DNA of 64,000 bases from Candidatus Eiseniibacteriota bacterium. GTDB taxonomy: Bacteria; Eisenbacteria; RBG-16-71-46. The DNA lies in contig CAVZLN010000003.1 of NCBI GenBank assembly GCA_963776245.1, positions 928,001-992,000 of the forward strand, given 5' to 3'. A model generated the notes under the pieces. The model was given only the letters and a program-made list of their open reading frames with translations. It did no database searches and was not told the origin of the DNA. Positions 10,388 through 23,737 of the stretch are shown here, in pieces (position 1 is the first letter of the stretch; every line of letters starts with the position of its first letter). The translations under genes and the position numbers were made by a program.

Positions 10388-10873
10388 TCAACGCCGCAGG
10401 TAGGTGTTGACCGAGGTCGACCGCGGGGTGTGGCCTTCCCACTCGACGGTGACGACCACCTTCTTCAGATGGCCGAGCGGGGGCGCCAGCCGCGTGACGA
10501 CGTAGTGGCGGTGCCAGCGCGAGGAGACGCCGAGGCTCTCGCTGCCTTCACCCGCGGGATGCCGGCCCACGTCCAGCGCCGGGTCGTTCCACGGCAGCGC
10601 GCTCAGCCGATCGACCTTCTCCTGGGCGTAGAAGATGGCGGTCGCGCGCACGCGCTCCGGCTCCGTGATGGAGGTGTCGGGAGGGAAGAGACGCGTCACC
10701 GCCAGCACTCCGACCGCCAGCAGCACGAGCGCGATGAGCAGCTCGACGAGCCCCATCCCACGCGCGTCTCGCGCCGCGCGCGACGCGGCGGGCGCCCCGC
10801 GACCCCGGTGCCCCACCGCGGCGATGGACGGCGAGTCGTTCCGGTGTGCCTCACCGCGAGTCGGACCAGCCAT
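10388..10873 (-). CDS. Prepilin-type N-terminal cleavage/methylation protein (PilV-like minor pilin)
   Basis: Class III signal RG|MGLVELLIALVLLAVGVLAV with Glu at +5; C-terminal LKKVVVTVEW; GGAG RBS. Confidence 0.8.
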   Translation of the reverse strand: MAGPTRGEAHRNDSPSIAAVGHRGRGAPAASRAARDARGMGLVELLIALVLLAVGVLAVTRLFPPDTSITEPERVRATAIFYAQEKVDRLSALPWNDPALDVGRHPAGEGSESLGVSSRWHRHYVVTRLAPPLGHLKKVVVTVEWEGHTPRSTSVNTYLRR

Positions 10874-11109
10874 GGCGGTCTCCCCCTCGATGCCGGACGG
10901 ATGGACCGGCGCGCGGACGGCCGCGACCGCGTGCCCGTGGATATCGGATTCTTCGGCAGGATCCGCGAGCCGCATGAGAGCTCTCTCCAAGCGGCCAGCG
11001 AGCTTCCCGAAGTCCCTCCTGGGACCCGTGTTCCGGCGCGCCACCGGCACGGCTATGCTGCGCGGATGCGACCCGTGCTCCCCAAGTCCCATCCGACCGT
11101 GCGCCGCGC

Positions 11110-12006
11110 ATGAGATACGCGGGCGAGATGGCGGCGCTCGGCACCGCGGTGTGCTGGGCGGCCGGATCCAACCTGTTCGCCGCCGCCGGGCAGCGCATGG
11201 GCTCGGTGGTGCTCAACCGGCTGCGCATCACCACCGCCGCCGTCTTCCTCGGCACCGCGCTGCTGGTCACGCGCGGCACGCCGTGGCCGGTGTGGGCGAC
11301 CTCGATGCAGATCGGGATCCTCGCACTCTCGGGGCTGGTGGGGTTCGTGTTCGGCGACACCGGGTACTTCCGCGCGCTCGTCATCCTCGGGCCGGCGCGC
11401 GCCGCGCTGCTCGCCTCGCTGGCGCCGCTGTTCACCGCGCTGCTCGCCTGGCCGCTGCTCGGCGAGCACCCGGGCCCGCTCGCGCTGCTGGGCATGGCGC
11501 TCACCGTGGGCGGGGTGGCGATGGTGCTGTGGGAGCACGAGCGGCGGGAGCACGCCCATGTCGAGGGCTCGGTGCTGGTGGGCGTGATCGCCGGCGTGCT
11601 GGGCGCCATCGGGCAGGCGGGCGGGTACGTGCTGTCGAAGCTGGCGCTCGACTCGGGGATCGATCCGCTCTCGGCCACCGTCATCCGCGTGGTCGCGGCG
11701 GTGGTCGGCGTGTGGGCGCTGGCGGTGGCCCAACGCGACGTGCGCCGCTCGGTCGCCGCACTCGGCGACCGCGGTGCCGCTGGCTTCATGGTGGGCGGCG
11801 CGTTCTTCGGGCCGTTCATGGGGGTGACGCTCTCGCTCGCCGCGCTCCACTACATCGAGGCCGGCGTGGCGGCGTCTATCACGGCGTTCTACCCGGTGCT
11901 CACCCTGTTCATCTCGTCGCGCTTCCATGGCGAACGCATCACCGCGCGCTTCCTGCTCGGCGCGCTGGTGGCGGCGGCGGGGGTGGTGGTGCTGTTCCTG
12001 CGCTAA
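11110..12006 (+). CDS. DMT/EamA family transporter
   Basis: 298 aa, about 10 TM helices in two repeats ([34 protein letters not shown]). Confidence 0.9.
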   Translation: MRYAGEMAALGTAVCWAAGSNLFAAAGQRMGSVVLNRLRITTAAVFLGTALLVTRGTPWPVWATSMQIGILALSGLVGFVFGDTGYFRALVILGPARAALLASLAPLFTALLAWPLLGEHPGPLALLGMALTVGGVAMVLWEHERREHAHVEGSVLVGVIAGVLGAIGQAGGYVLSKLALDSGIDPLSATVIRVVAAVVGVWALAVAQRDVRRSVAALGDRGAAGFMVGGAFFGPFMGVTLSLAALHYIEAGVAASITAFYPVLTLFISSRFHGERITARFLLGALVAAAGVVVLFLR

Positions 12007-12160
12007 GACAGCGCGGGTCGGGCGCGGGGACCGCAGTGACGGGTCCGCCGAACGGCCGGGGGCGCGCGGCCCGCAGTTCATGATGGAGCGCGCAGCCCGC
12101 CGCGCGCTAGACTCGCCCGCGCCATCGGCCCGCGGGCCGAGCGCCCCACCGGAGGCCCAC

Positions 12161-14119
<1,959 letters not shown>

Positions 14120-14169
14120 TCGTGCCGCCCCGTTCCACCACTCCCTCTCACCGTTTCCCGGAGGCGTCG

Positions 14170-17031
14170 ATGATCCGCCGTGCCCTGGTCCTGGCCCTCG
14201 GGCTGTCGTTGGTGCCGTCGCTCGTCCCGGTGGCGCGTGCCGCCGACCCCGCGGCCGCCGCGCCCGCCTTCGCGCTCGCCGATTCGCTGCGGCTCGACCC
14301 GGCGGTGCGGACCGGCGTGCTCCCGAACGGGCTCCGCTACTTCATCCGCCACAACGGCAGGCCCGAGGCGCGCGTGTCGCTGCGGCTCGCGCTCGCCGCC
14401 GGGTCCACCGCCGAGGCCGACGACCAGCGCGGGTTCGCGCACTTCTGCGAGCACATGAACTTCAACGGCTCGACCCACTTCAAGCCCGAGGAGATGGTGG
14501 CCTACCTGCAGTCGATCGGCATGCGCTTCGGCTCCGACGCGAACGCGTACACCTCGTTCGACCAGACGATCTACATGCTCGAGGTGCCGACCGACCGCGA
14601 CACCCTGCTCGACCGCGGGCTGCTGGCGCTCGCCGACTTCGCGGGCGGGGCCACGCTGAGCGACGCCGAGATCCAGCAGGAGCGCGGCGTGGTGCTCGAG
14701 GAGTGGCGCCTCGGGCGCGGCGCGACCGACCGCATGCAGCGCCAGCAGCTCCCGATCGTGTACCGCGGCTCGCGCTACGCCGAGCGCCTCCCGATCGGGA
14801 AGCCCGAGATCATCGAGAAGGGATCGGCCGATCGCGTGCGCGCGTTCTACCACGACTGGTACACGCCCGACCGCATGGCGGTGATCGCGGTGGGGGACAT
14901 CGACCCGGCGCGCATGGACAGCCTGGTCCGGGTGCACTTCGGCCCGCTCCAGCGGCCCGCGCAGGCGCTCGTCGCGCCGGTGTCCGACCTGCCCGCGCAC
15001 GATTCCACGCTGTTCGCGATCGCCACCGACAAGGAGGCCGCTGGCACCCAGGTCGGACTGTTCTACAAGCACCCGCGTCGCCCGTTCGGCACCATCGGGG
15101 ACTTCCGTGCCGACATGGTGCACGGGCTGTTCCTCGCGATGTTCAACCAGCGCTTCACCGAGATCGCGCATCGCGCGGACGCGCCGTTCCTGAACGCCAG
15201 CACGTTCGCGTTCCCGTTCGGCCAGGTCTCGGAGATCGCGGGCGCGTTCGCGAGCGTCGCGGACGGCGGGAGCGAGAAGGGGCTCGCCGCTCTGCTCCAG
15301 GAGATCGAGCGCGTGAGGCGCCACGGCTTCCTCGCCATCGAGCTCCAGCGGGCGAAGGACCAGTCGCGCTCGCGCATGGAGCGCGCGTACGCCGAGCGCG
15401 ACAAGTCCGAGAGCGAGGGCTTCGCCTCCGAGTACGTGCAGTACGCGCTCACCGGCGAGCCCGCGCCCGGCATCGAGGTGGAGCACCGGCTGGCCGGCGC
15501 GCTGCTCGACGGGATCACGCTGGCGGAGGTGAACGCCGTCGCGACGCGGCTCTACCACGAGCACAGCCGCGTGGTGATCGCGTCCGCGCCCGAGAAGGCC
15601 GGCAGCACGCCGCCGAGCGAGCCCGCGCTGCGCGCGGTGCTGGCCGCCGCCACCCAGGTGGTCCCCGGCCCGTGGGAGGACCGCGGGGCCGGCCGGCCGC
15701 TGATGGCGCAGCAGCCGAGGCCGGGCACCGTGAAGTCCCGCCGCAGCATCGACGCGCTCGGCGTGACCGTGCTGAGGTTCTCGAACGGCGTCGAGGTGTG
15801 GCTCAAGCCCACGGACTTCAAGGCCGACGAGATCGTGCTCGCCTCGTACGCGCTGGGCGGGCTGTCGGTCGCCGACACCGCGCGCTACAGCGACCTGGTG
15901 TGGACCAGCACGGTCGTCAACGACGCCGGAGTGGGCGGGTTCACCAGCACCGAGCTGCAGAAGCTGCTGGCCGGGCGGATCGTGCAGACCAGCACGTTCA
16001 TCGGCGGCTACACCCACGGCATCCGGGCCAGCACGCGGCCCGCCGACCTCGAGACCGCGCTCCAGCTCGTGCACCTCACGTTCACCCGGCCCACCGAGGA
16101 CCCGGCCGCGTTCGCGGCGCTCCAGAAGCGCCTGCTCAACTACATGATCGACCGCCGGAACACCCCCGAGCAGGCGTTCGCGGACACCGCGGCGGTGGTG
16201 AACTCGGGCCGGTTCTACATGAACCTGCCGGGCACCCCCGAAGGGGTGGAGCACGCGACCCTCGGCCCGATGCTCGCCTACCATCGCGAGCGCTTCGCGA
16301 ACGCGGCGGACTTCACGTTCTTCATGGCGGGCGCGTTCCAGGTGGACTCGGTGGCGCCGCTGCTCGCGCGCTATCTCGGCTCGCTGCCCTCGAAGGGCAG
16401 GCGCACGTCGGCGTTCGTGGCGCGCGGCCCGCGCTATCCGTACGGCGTGCGCACGGTGATCGTGCGCAAGGGGGTCGAGCCCAAGGCGAGCGTGCGCATC
16501 ACGTTCTTCGCCAACACCCCGATCGAGGAGCTCGACCAGCACCGCGCCCGCGCTCTCTCGTCCATCCTGACCGACCGGCTGCGCGAGTCGCTGCGCGAGC
16601 TGATGAGCGGCACGTACAGCGCCTCGGCGTCGTTCGGCTCGCTGTCGCCCCTGCCGGGCTACGCCACGATGTCGGTCGCGTTCGGGTGCGCGCCCGGACG
16701 CGTGGACTCGCTGGTGGCGGCCACGCTCGCCGAGGTCCGCCGCCTGCGCGAGGAAGGACCGACGCCCTCCGACGTGCAGAAGGACCAGGAGATCGAGCGG
16801 CGCGAACTGGAGGTCTCGATGAAGCAGAACGGGTACTGGACCGCGAGCCTCCAGACCACCCACATGCTGGGCTGGGACCCGCTGCGCATCACGCGGCGCC
16901 GCGAGCGCATCGACCTGCTGACGCCGGACAATCTGCGCGAGTCCGCGCGCCGCTACCTGCCGCTCGACCGCTACACGGTCGTCATCCTGCTGCCCGAGGA
17001 GGGCGCGGGCGCCGGCGCGGCCAAGCCCTGA
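14170..17031 (+). CDS. M16 (insulinase/PqqL-like) zinc protease, exported
   Basis: Signal peptide; GVLPNGLRY, HFCEH (HxxEH), NAYTSFDQTIY, ERGVVLEEWR; second M16 half FSNGVEV. Confidence 0.92.
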   Translation: MIRRALVLALGLSLVPSLVPVARAADPAAAAPAFALADSLRLDPAVRTGVLPNGLRYFIRHNGRPEARVSLRLALAAGSTAEADDQRGFAHFCEHMNFNGSTHFKPEEMVAYLQSIGMRFGSDANAYTSFDQTIYMLEVPTDRDTLLDRGLLALADFAGGATLSDAEIQQERGVVLEEWRLGRGATDRMQRQQLPIVYRGSRYAERLPIGKPEIIEKGSADRVRAFYHDWYTPDRMAVIAVGDIDPARMDSLVRVHFGPLQRPAQALVAPVSDLPAHDSTLFAIATDKEAAGTQVGLFYKHPRRPFGTIGDFRADMVHGLFLAMFNQRFTEIAHRADAPFLNASTFAFPFGQVSEIAGAFASVADGGSEKGLAALLQEIERVRRHGFLAIELQRAKDQSRSRMERAYAERDKSESEGFASEYVQYALTGEPAPGIEVEHRLAGALLDGITLAEVNAVATRLYHEHSRVVIASAPEKAGSTPPSEPALRAVLAAATQVVPGPWEDRGAGRPLMAQQPRPGTVKSRRSIDALGVTVLRFSNGVEVWLKPTDFKADEIVLASYALGGLSVADTARYSDLVWTSTVVNDAGVGGFTSTELQKLLAGRIVQTSTFIGGYTHGIRASTRPADLETALQLVHLTFTRPTEDPAAFAALQKRLLNYMIDRRNTPEQAFADTAAVVNSGRFYMNLPGTPEGVEHATLGPMLAYHRERFANAADFTFFMAGAFQVDSVAPLLARYLGSLPSKGRRTSAFVARGPRYPYGVRTVIVRKGVEPKASVRITFFANTPIEELDQHRARALSSILTDRLRESLRELMSGTYSASASFGSLSPLPGYATMSVAFGCAPGRVDSLVAATLAEVRRLREEGPTPSDVQKDQEIERRELEVSMKQNGYWTASLQTTHMLGWDPLRITRRRERIDLLTPDNLRESARRYLPLDRYTVVILLPEEGAGAGAAKP

Positions 17032-17204
17032 GACCCGCGGGCGCGCGGCGGCGGGCCTGCCGCCGCGCGCCCGGCGGGGGCGGCCGCGGGCGGCGCCCGT
17101 CCCCGCGTCCCGTTGTCTCCCTTCAGGTTCTGGCGCGCCTGCCGATACCCAGTCGGGCGACGACGTGCCGGTTCATCGCATGCCACGAGGGAGCGCGGCC
17201 GCGG

Positions 17205-18314
17205 ATGTCCATCCCGACGATCAGGAAGATCGCGATCAGCACCGGGGGCGGGGACGCCCCCGGGCTGAACGCCGTGATCCGCGCCGTGGTGCTGGCGTCG
17301 ATCCAGCGCGGCTGGGAGTGCTTCGGCATCCGCGAGGGGTACAACGGGCTGCTCAACCCCGAGCTCTACCCGCACGGCGGGGTGGTCCCGCTCACGCGTG
17401 AGTCGGTCTCGGGCATCACCCACCTCGGCGGCACCATCCTCGGCACCACCAATCGCGGCAACCCGATCGAGTTCCCGGTGCAGCAGCCGGACGGCTCGTT
17501 CGTCGCGGTGGATCGCAGCGACGAACTGGTCGAACGCTTCCATGGGGCGGGGCTCGACGCGCTCATCACCGTGGGCGGCGACGGCTCGCTGTCGATCGGC
17601 CACGCGCTCTCGCGGAAGGGGCTGCGCGTCATCGGCGTGCCCAAGACCATCGACAACGATCTCGACCGCACGCTCATGACCTTCGGCTTCGACACCGCGG
17701 TGTCGTTCGCGACCGAGTGCCTGGACCGCCTGCACACCACGGCGACCTCGCACCGCCGCATCATGGTGGTGGAGGTGATGGGGCGCTACGCCGGCTGGAT
17801 CGCCCTGCACGCCGGCATCGCGGGGAACGCCGACGTCATCCTGATCCCCGAGATCCCCTACGACATCGACAAGGTCGCCGAGGTGATCCGCGCGCGCGAG
17901 CGCAACGGCCGCGGCTACACCGTGGTGGTGGTCGCCGAGGGCGCCCGGGCGGTCGGCGGCGACCACACGGTGCTGGGCAAGTCGGTGGGCCAGGCCGAAC
18001 GGCTCGGCGGGGTGGGCGGGAAGGTCGCCCACCAGCTCGAGGAGATGACCGGCAAGGAGGCCCGCACCGTGGTGCTCGGCCACCTGCTGCGGGGCGGCTC
18101 GCCGACCAGCTTCGACCGGCTGGTGGCGCTGCGTTTCGGCGCCGCGGCGGTGCGCGCGCTCGAGGAGGGCGAGTCGGCGGTGATGGTCTCGCTCCATCCG
18201 CCGACGGTGCGCTACGAGCCGCTCGCGGAAGTCGTGCGCCGCATCAAGACGGTGCCGCTCGAGAGCGACACGGTCGAGACCGCGCGCGACATCGGCATCC
18301 ACTTCGGCGATTGA
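17205..18314 (+). CDS. pfkA: 6-phosphofructokinase (PfkA family, group III-like)
   Basis: TGGGDAPGLNAVIR, GGTILGT, GGDGS, PKTIDND, TFGFDTA, EVMGR, LGHLLRGG. Confidence 0.92.
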   Translation: MSIPTIRKIAISTGGGDAPGLNAVIRAVVLASIQRGWECFGIREGYNGLLNPELYPHGGVVPLTRESVSGITHLGGTILGTTNRGNPIEFPVQQPDGSFVAVDRSDELVERFHGAGLDALITVGGDGSLSIGHALSRKGLRVIGVPKTIDNDLDRTLMTFGFDTAVSFATECLDRLHTTATSHRRIMVVEVMGRYAGWIALHAGIAGNADVILIPEIPYDIDKVAEVIRARERNGRGYTVVVVAEGARAVGGDHTVLGKSVGQAERLGGVGGKVAHQLEEMTGKEARTVVLGHLLRGGSPTSFDRLVALRFGAAAVRALEEGESAVMVSLHPPTVRYEPLAEVVRRIKTVPLESDTVETARDIGIHFGD

Positions 18315-18588
18315 GCGGCACGCTCGCCCGCGGCCGGCGCTCGACCGCGTCCGCCGCCTCGCCGCGGCGCGGGGCCGCGGTCATTTTCCCGCTTGTCTCG
18401 GCGCGGCCTCCCGGACATCATCGGCGTCCTTCGGCGTGCCCCACACGAACGCCTCCGTGGCGGGCGAGCGCCCGCCGTGCTTCGGGATCTCATCCAGAGG
18501 ACGAACGACGCATGATCGGACACGGCCGGGCCGACGCGACCGGGGCGCGGGCCCGCAGGCTCGTCCGGCGGTGCCCCGGGCCGGCGCG

Positions 18589-20247
18589 ATGACGAAGCGC
18601 AGCCGGACCGCCCGGGGCAGGACCGCCGCCGTCCGGCGCGCCCCGGAGGCCGCGCGTCCCCACGGACCGCTCGCGCGTGCGCTCGCCCTCGTGCTCCCGG
18701 TGCTCGCGCTCGCCGCGTGCGCCGCGCTGATCGCGCGGCTGGCGCTGCAGGCCAACGGCGGCGTGTTCGCGACCGACGAGTGCTTCCACGCCTACGCCTC
18801 GCAGTGGCTGCTCGCGCACCGCGCCCTGCCGGCCGAGTTCCCGATCTTCTATTCCGGTTTCTACTACTACTACAACCCGATGTTCCACGTGCTGGGCGCG
18901 CTGTGGGCCGGCGTGCTCGGAGCGCCGGCGCTCCACCTGCTGCCGGTGGCCATCCACGCGGCGCTGCTGGTGGTGCTCGCGACCGGGGCGCTGGGCGCCG
19001 TGCCGCTCGGCGCCGGGCGCTGGGCGGCGGTGCTGTGCGCGACCAGCCTGACGCTCACCGCGTACGCGGTGCGGTTGTACGTCGACGGGCTGGTGGCGCT
19101 GGTGTTCATCCTCGCGGTGGCGCTGGTGCTGCGGGTGCGCGCGCACGGCCGCTGGCGCGACGCGGTGGCGCTCGGGATCGTCACCGGGATCGCCCTGCTC
19201 ACCAAGTTCAACGCGGTGCTCCTGCCCCTGCTGCTCGCGGGGCTCGCGGTGGTCCATGCGGTCCGCCACGAGCGGCGGCTGGCGCGGGCGTACGCGCTCG
19301 CCTGCGCGCTCGGCCTGCTGATCGTGCTGCCCTGGTACGTCCGCAACCACGTGCTGTACGGCAGCCCGTTCTATCCGGCCGGCGCGCGCGACCTCGACCG
19401 CGCGCTGTACGCGCTCAACCGCGCGAAGTTCAGCCTCCCGCCGGGGCTGTTCCTCGCCCGGCTGCCGGGGGTCATCGGGCCGTGGCTCGGGGCGTTCGGC
19501 GCCGCGGCGCTCGCCGCCGCCGCGTGGAAGCGGCGCTTCGCGCTGCGCGAGGGCCTCATCGTCCTGGCGTTGCTGGGGATGGTCGCGACGGCTTTCTTCC
19601 CGATGAGCGCCGCGCGCCACCTGACCCCGATGCTCGCGCTGCTGGCGCTCGCCGGCGCGTGGGGGGTGCACGACCTGGTGCGCGCGAGGCCCCGGTGGCG
19701 GCTCGCGATCGAGGCCGCGCTGGTCGCGCTCATGATCCACACGCTGTGGACCATGCCCGACCATCGGGGACCCGCGAACCTGCCCGCCTACCTGCAGACG
19801 GCGTTCCCGCATGTCGCGGAGCGCACTCCGGCGGACGCGCGCATCCTGAGCCTGTGGACCTACGACACCGCCTACTACACCGGACGCGCGGCGGCGTGGC
19901 CCAACCCGTGGGGCCAGCGGGAGCACGCGACCGCGATGTTCTACGACACCGACCCCGACCTGTTCCTCCGGCACCTGGAGGAGGCGCGCATCGACTACAT
20001 CCTGGTGCCGATCGGGACCGGGCGGCCCGAGTTCGACAGCGCCAATTACCCGATGCGGTTCATGAACAGCCTCGACGCGCTGGTGCAGCGCGACCCCACG
20101 CGCGTGGTGTGGAACTCGAACGTGCTGGCGCTGGTGCGCGTGGCGGGGCACGACCGCGCGCGCCCGGTGCCGGAGCGGGGACCCGCCGGCGCCGCGCCCG
20201 GCACGGGTCCCGCACGCCCGCGTACGGGCGGAAAGGAGCCCCGATGA
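18589..20247 (+). CDS. GT-C fold (ArnT/PMT, GT39/83-like) membrane glycosyltransferase
   Basis: Polytopic membrane protein with DE motif in first loop (ATDECFH), YNPMFH, GIALLTK, PWYVRN...GSPFYP. Confidence 0.75.
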   Translation: MTKRSRTARGRTAAVRRAPEAARPHGPLARALALVLPVLALAACAALIARLALQANGGVFATDECFHAYASQWLLAHRALPAEFPIFYSGFYYYYNPMFHVLGALWAGVLGAPALHLLPVAIHAALLVVLATGALGAVPLGAGRWAAVLCATSLTLTAYAVRLYVDGLVALVFILAVALVLRVRAHGRWRDAVALGIVTGIALLTKFNAVLLPLLLAGLAVVHAVRHERRLARAYALACALGLLIVLPWYVRNHVLYGSPFYPAGARDLDRALYALNRAKFSLPPGLFLARLPGVIGPWLGAFGAAALAAAAWKRRFALREGLIVLALLGMVATAFFPMSAARHLTPMLALLALAGAWGVHDLVRARPRWRLAIEAALVALMIHTLWTMPDHRGPANLPAYLQTAFPHVAERTPADARILSLWTYDTAYYTGRAAAWPNPWGQREHATAMFYDTDPDLFLRHLEEARIDYILVPIGTGRPEFDSANYPMRFMNSLDALVQRDPTRVVWNSNVLALVRVAGHDRARPVPERGPAGAAPGTGPARPRTGGKEPR

Positions 20248-20588
20248 CCGACTGCGTCTTCTGCCGCATCGCGACCGGCAGCATCCCGTGCAACAAAGTG
20301 GCGGAGAGCGACCAGGTGCTGGCGTTCCGCGACCTCGACCCGCGGGCGCCGACGCACGTGCTGCTCATCCCGAAGGCCCACGTGGCCGACTCCGCCGCGA
20401 GCCTCGGGCCCGCCCACGCCGCGATGCTCGGCGAGCTGTTCGCGCTCGCCGCGCGCGTGGCGCGGGAGGCGAAGCTCGATCAGGGCTGGCGGCTGGTGAC
20501 CAACGTCGGTCCGCACGCCGGGCAGACCGTGCACCACCTGCACGTGCACCTGCTGGGCGGGCGCGCGATGCAATGGCCGCCGGGCTGA
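20244..20588 (+). CDS. HIT family nucleotide-binding protein (HinT-like)
   Basis: DCVFCRIA, AFRDLDPRAPTHVLLIPK, GQTVHHLHVHLLGGR, WPPG. Confidence 0.95.
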   Translation: MTDCVFCRIATGSIPCNKVAESDQVLAFRDLDPRAPTHVLLIPKAHVADSAASLGPAHAAMLGELFALAARVAREAKLDQGWRLVTNVGPHAGQTVHHLHVHLLGGRAMQWPPG

Positions 20589-20680
20589 GCGGCACGACCG
20601 CGCACGAGTCCTTGTGCCGGGCGCGCGTCCGCGGCTAAGGTCGCGCCCGCACGCCGCACGCTCTGCCCGCGGAGACCCCC

Positions 20681-22255
20681 ATGAGCCAGCCCGCCCGTTC
20701 CGCCGCGCCCGCCTCGCGCGGGTTCACGCGCCTGCTCGACGCGCTCGAGCGCATCGGCAACCGCCTGCCCGACCCGGCCACCCTGTTCGTGCTGCTCGCG
20801 CTCGCGGTGCTGGCCGCCTCGTGGATCGCCGCGCGGCTCGACCTCCACGCGGTGCACCCGAAGGACGGCACGCTCATCTCCGCGGTCAACCTGCTCGACG
20901 CGGCGGGCATCCGGCGCATCTTCACCGAGGCGGTGCGGAATTTCATGAACTTCGCGCCGCTCGGCATCGTGCTGGTGGCGATGATCGGCATCGGCGTGGC
21001 GGAGCCCAGCGGGCTCATCACGGTCTCGCTGCGGGCGATGGTGATGAGCGTGCCGCCCAGCCTGCTCACCGCCGCGGTGGTGTTCGCGGGCATCATGGCG
21101 CACCTCGCCGCCGACGCCGGGATCGTGGTGCTGCCGCCGATCGCCGCGATGCTGTTCATGGCCGCGGGGCGGCACCCGCTCGCCGGGCTGGCGGCCGCGT
21201 TCGCGGGCGTGACCGGCGGCTTCAGCGCCAACATCATCCCGAGCACGCTCGACGTGCTCCTGATCGGGTTCACGCAGGAGGCGACGCGGGCGTCGAACCT
21301 GCTGCCGGGCTACGTGCCGCAGGTGCTCGGGAACTACTTCTTCCTCGCCGTCTCGACGCCGCTGCTGGTGGTGCTCGGCACCTGGGTGACGCACCGCTTC
21401 GTCGAGCCGCGCCTCGGCAAGTGGACCCCGGACCCGTCGCAGGCGCCGGCCGACGCCCCGCCGTCGCACGCGCTCGCGGGCCTGGCCCCGGCCGAGAAGC
21501 GCGGGCTGGTCGCGGCGTTCGTCGCGCTCGTCCTCACGCTGGCGCTGTTCGCGCTGCTGGTGGTGCCGCCGTGGGCTCCGCTGCGCGCCGAGGGCGCCAC
21601 CACCATCGAGCGGCTGAAGCCGTTCTTCGACAGCATGGTGATCTTCGTGATGCTGTTGTTCCTCATCCCGGGGCTGGCCTACGGCATCGCCGCGGGGCGC
21701 ATCCGCAGCGACCACGACGTGACCAAGATGACCGGGGACACGCTCGGCACCATGGGCACCTACATCGTGCTGGCGTTCGCGGCGGCGCAGTTCGTGGCGT
21801 ACTTCGGATGGTCGAACCTCGGCGCCATCCTAGCGATCTCCGGCGCGCACGCGCTCAAGGCGCTCGGCCTGAGCGGCAGCGTGCTGCTGGTGGGGTTCGT
21901 GCTCTTCGCCGCGTCGCTCAACCTGTTCATCACCTCGGCGTCCGCCAAGTGGGGGATCCTCGCGCCGGTGTTCGTGCCGATGTTCGTGCTGCTCGGGTTC
22001 ACCCCCGAGGGCACCCAGGTGGTGTTCCGCATCGGCGACTCGTGCACCAACATCATCACCCCGTTGCTGCCGTACATGCCGTTCATCCTCGCGGCCGCGC
22101 AGCGCTACGACCCCAAGGCGGGCACCGGCACGCTGATCGCGCTGATGATCCCGTACTCGGTGGTCTTCCTGGTGGCGTGGACCGCCCTGCTGCTGCTGTT
22201 CTACTTCATGGCCTGGCCGATCGGCCCCGGCGTGCACCTGCGGCTCCCGGGGTAG
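20681..22255 (+). CDS. AbgT family transporter
   Basis: ERIGNRLPDPATLF, NFAPLG, GRHPLAG, GGFSAN, SASAKW, FRIGDSCTNIITP. Confidence 0.93.
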   Translation: MSQPARSAAPASRGFTRLLDALERIGNRLPDPATLFVLLALAVLAASWIAARLDLHAVHPKDGTLISAVNLLDAAGIRRIFTEAVRNFMNFAPLGIVLVAMIGIGVAEPSGLITVSLRAMVMSVPPSLLTAAVVFAGIMAHLAADAGIVVLPPIAAMLFMAAGRHPLAGLAAAFAGVTGGFSANIIPSTLDVLLIGFTQEATRASNLLPGYVPQVLGNYFFLAVSTPLLVVLGTWVTHRFVEPRLGKWTPDPSQAPADAPPSHALAGLAPAEKRGLVAAFVALVLTLALFALLVVPPWAPLRAEGATTIERLKPFFDSMVIFVMLLFLIPGLAYGIAAGRIRSDHDVTKMTGDTLGTMGTYIVLAFAAAQFVAYFGWSNLGAILAISGAHALKALGLSGSVLLVGFVLFAASLNLFITSASAKWGILAPVFVPMFVLLGFTPEGTQVVFRIGDSCTNIITPLLPYMPFILAAAQRYDPKAGTGTLIALMIPYSVVFLVAWTALLLLFYFMAWPIGPGVHLRLPG

Positions 22256-22296
22256 GACGCGCGGCGGGCCGCCGCGCCGCCGCCGGAGGAGAGACG

Positions 22297-23677
22297 ATGT
22301 CACGAGAACTGCTGTTCGACGCGGCGACGCGCGCGACGCGTTACCTCGAGGGGCTCGACGGCCGCCCGGTGCGTCCGGACCCCGCAGCGGTCGCGAACCT
22401 GAGGTCCTGGGACACGCCGCTGCCCGACGGCCCCACCGACCCGCGCGAGGTGCTGCGGCTGCTCGACGAGACCGGCTCGCCGGCGACCATGGCGATGGCG
22501 GGCCCGCGCTTCTTCGGGTTCGTCATCGGCGGCTCGCTGCCGGTGACGCTGGCGGCGAACTGGCTGGCCACCGCGTGGGACCAGAACACCGGGCTCTATC
22601 ACCCCACCCCGTCGCACCGCCGAGCTCGAGCGCGTCGCGCTGCGCTGGCTGCTCGACGCTGCTCGGGCTGCCGCTCCGGCTGCGGGGGCGCGTTCGTCAC
22701 CGGCGCGACCGTGGCCAATTTCACCGCGCTCGCGGCGGCGCGCCACGCGGTGCTCGAGCGCGCCGGCTGGGACGTCGAGGCCGACGGCCTGTTCGGCGCG
22801 CCGCCGATCACGGTGGTGGTGGGCGAGGAGGTGCATCCCACGCTGCTCAAGTCGCTCGGCGTGCTCGGGCCTCGGCCGCACGCGCGTGGTGCGCGTGCCG
22901 GTCGACGGGCAGGGCCGCATGCGCGCCGACGCGCTGCCGCGGCTCGCGGGGCCCGACGATCGTCTGCGTGCAGGCCGGCAACGTGAACACCGGCGCGTTC
23001 GATCCGCTCGCCGAGATCGTGCCCGCGCGCCCAGGCGGCGGGCGCGTGGGTGCACGTGGACGGCGCGTTCGGCCTGTGGGCCGCGGCGGCGCCCGCGCGG
23101 CGCACCTGCTCGCGGGCATGGCCGCGCGCGGACTCGTGGGCGACCGACGCGCACAAGTGGCTCAACGTGCCGTACGACAGCGGGCTCGCGTTCGTGCGCG
23201 ACGCGCGGGCGCTGCGCGCGGCGATGGCGGTCACGCGCGGCCTACCTGCCGACGCGACGCCGGCGCGCAACCCGTCGCGACTTCACGCCGGAGCTCTCGC
23301 GCCGCGCGCGCGGCGTCGAGGTGTGGGCCGCGCTGCGCGCGCTCGGGCGCGCCGGGCTCGCCGAGCTGATCGAGCGCAACTGCCGCCAGGCGCGACGCTT
23401 CGCCGACGGGCCTGCGCGCGGCGGGCTACGAGGTGCTCAACGACGTGGTGCTCAACCAGGTGCTGGTCGTCGTTCGGCGACGCCGCCACCGACGCGCGCG
23501 TCATCGCCGCGGTGCAGGCGGACGGCACCTGCTGGTGCGGCGGCACCGATCTGGCAGGGCCGGACCGCGATGCGCATCAGCGTGTGCTCCTGGGCCACCA
23601 CCGACGACGACGTCGAGCGCAGCCTGGCCGCGATCCTGCGCGCGGCCGCGCGGGTCGGGGCGACCCCGGCGCGGTGA
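22297..23677 (+). pseudogene. PLP-dependent group II decarboxylase with multiple frameshifts (pseudogene or sequence errors)
   Basis: Fragments across all three frames: GPRFFGFVIGGSLP, WDQN, FVTGATVANF, QAGNVNTGAFD, HVDGAFGLWA, DSWATDAHKWLNVPYDSG, PELSRRARG, MRISVCSWATT. Confidence 0.8.
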
Positions 23678-23737
23678 GGCGTCCGGCCGCGGCGGGCGCG
23701 GCCGGCGGGGCGCCGGCGGCCGCCCCGCCGCCGGGCG

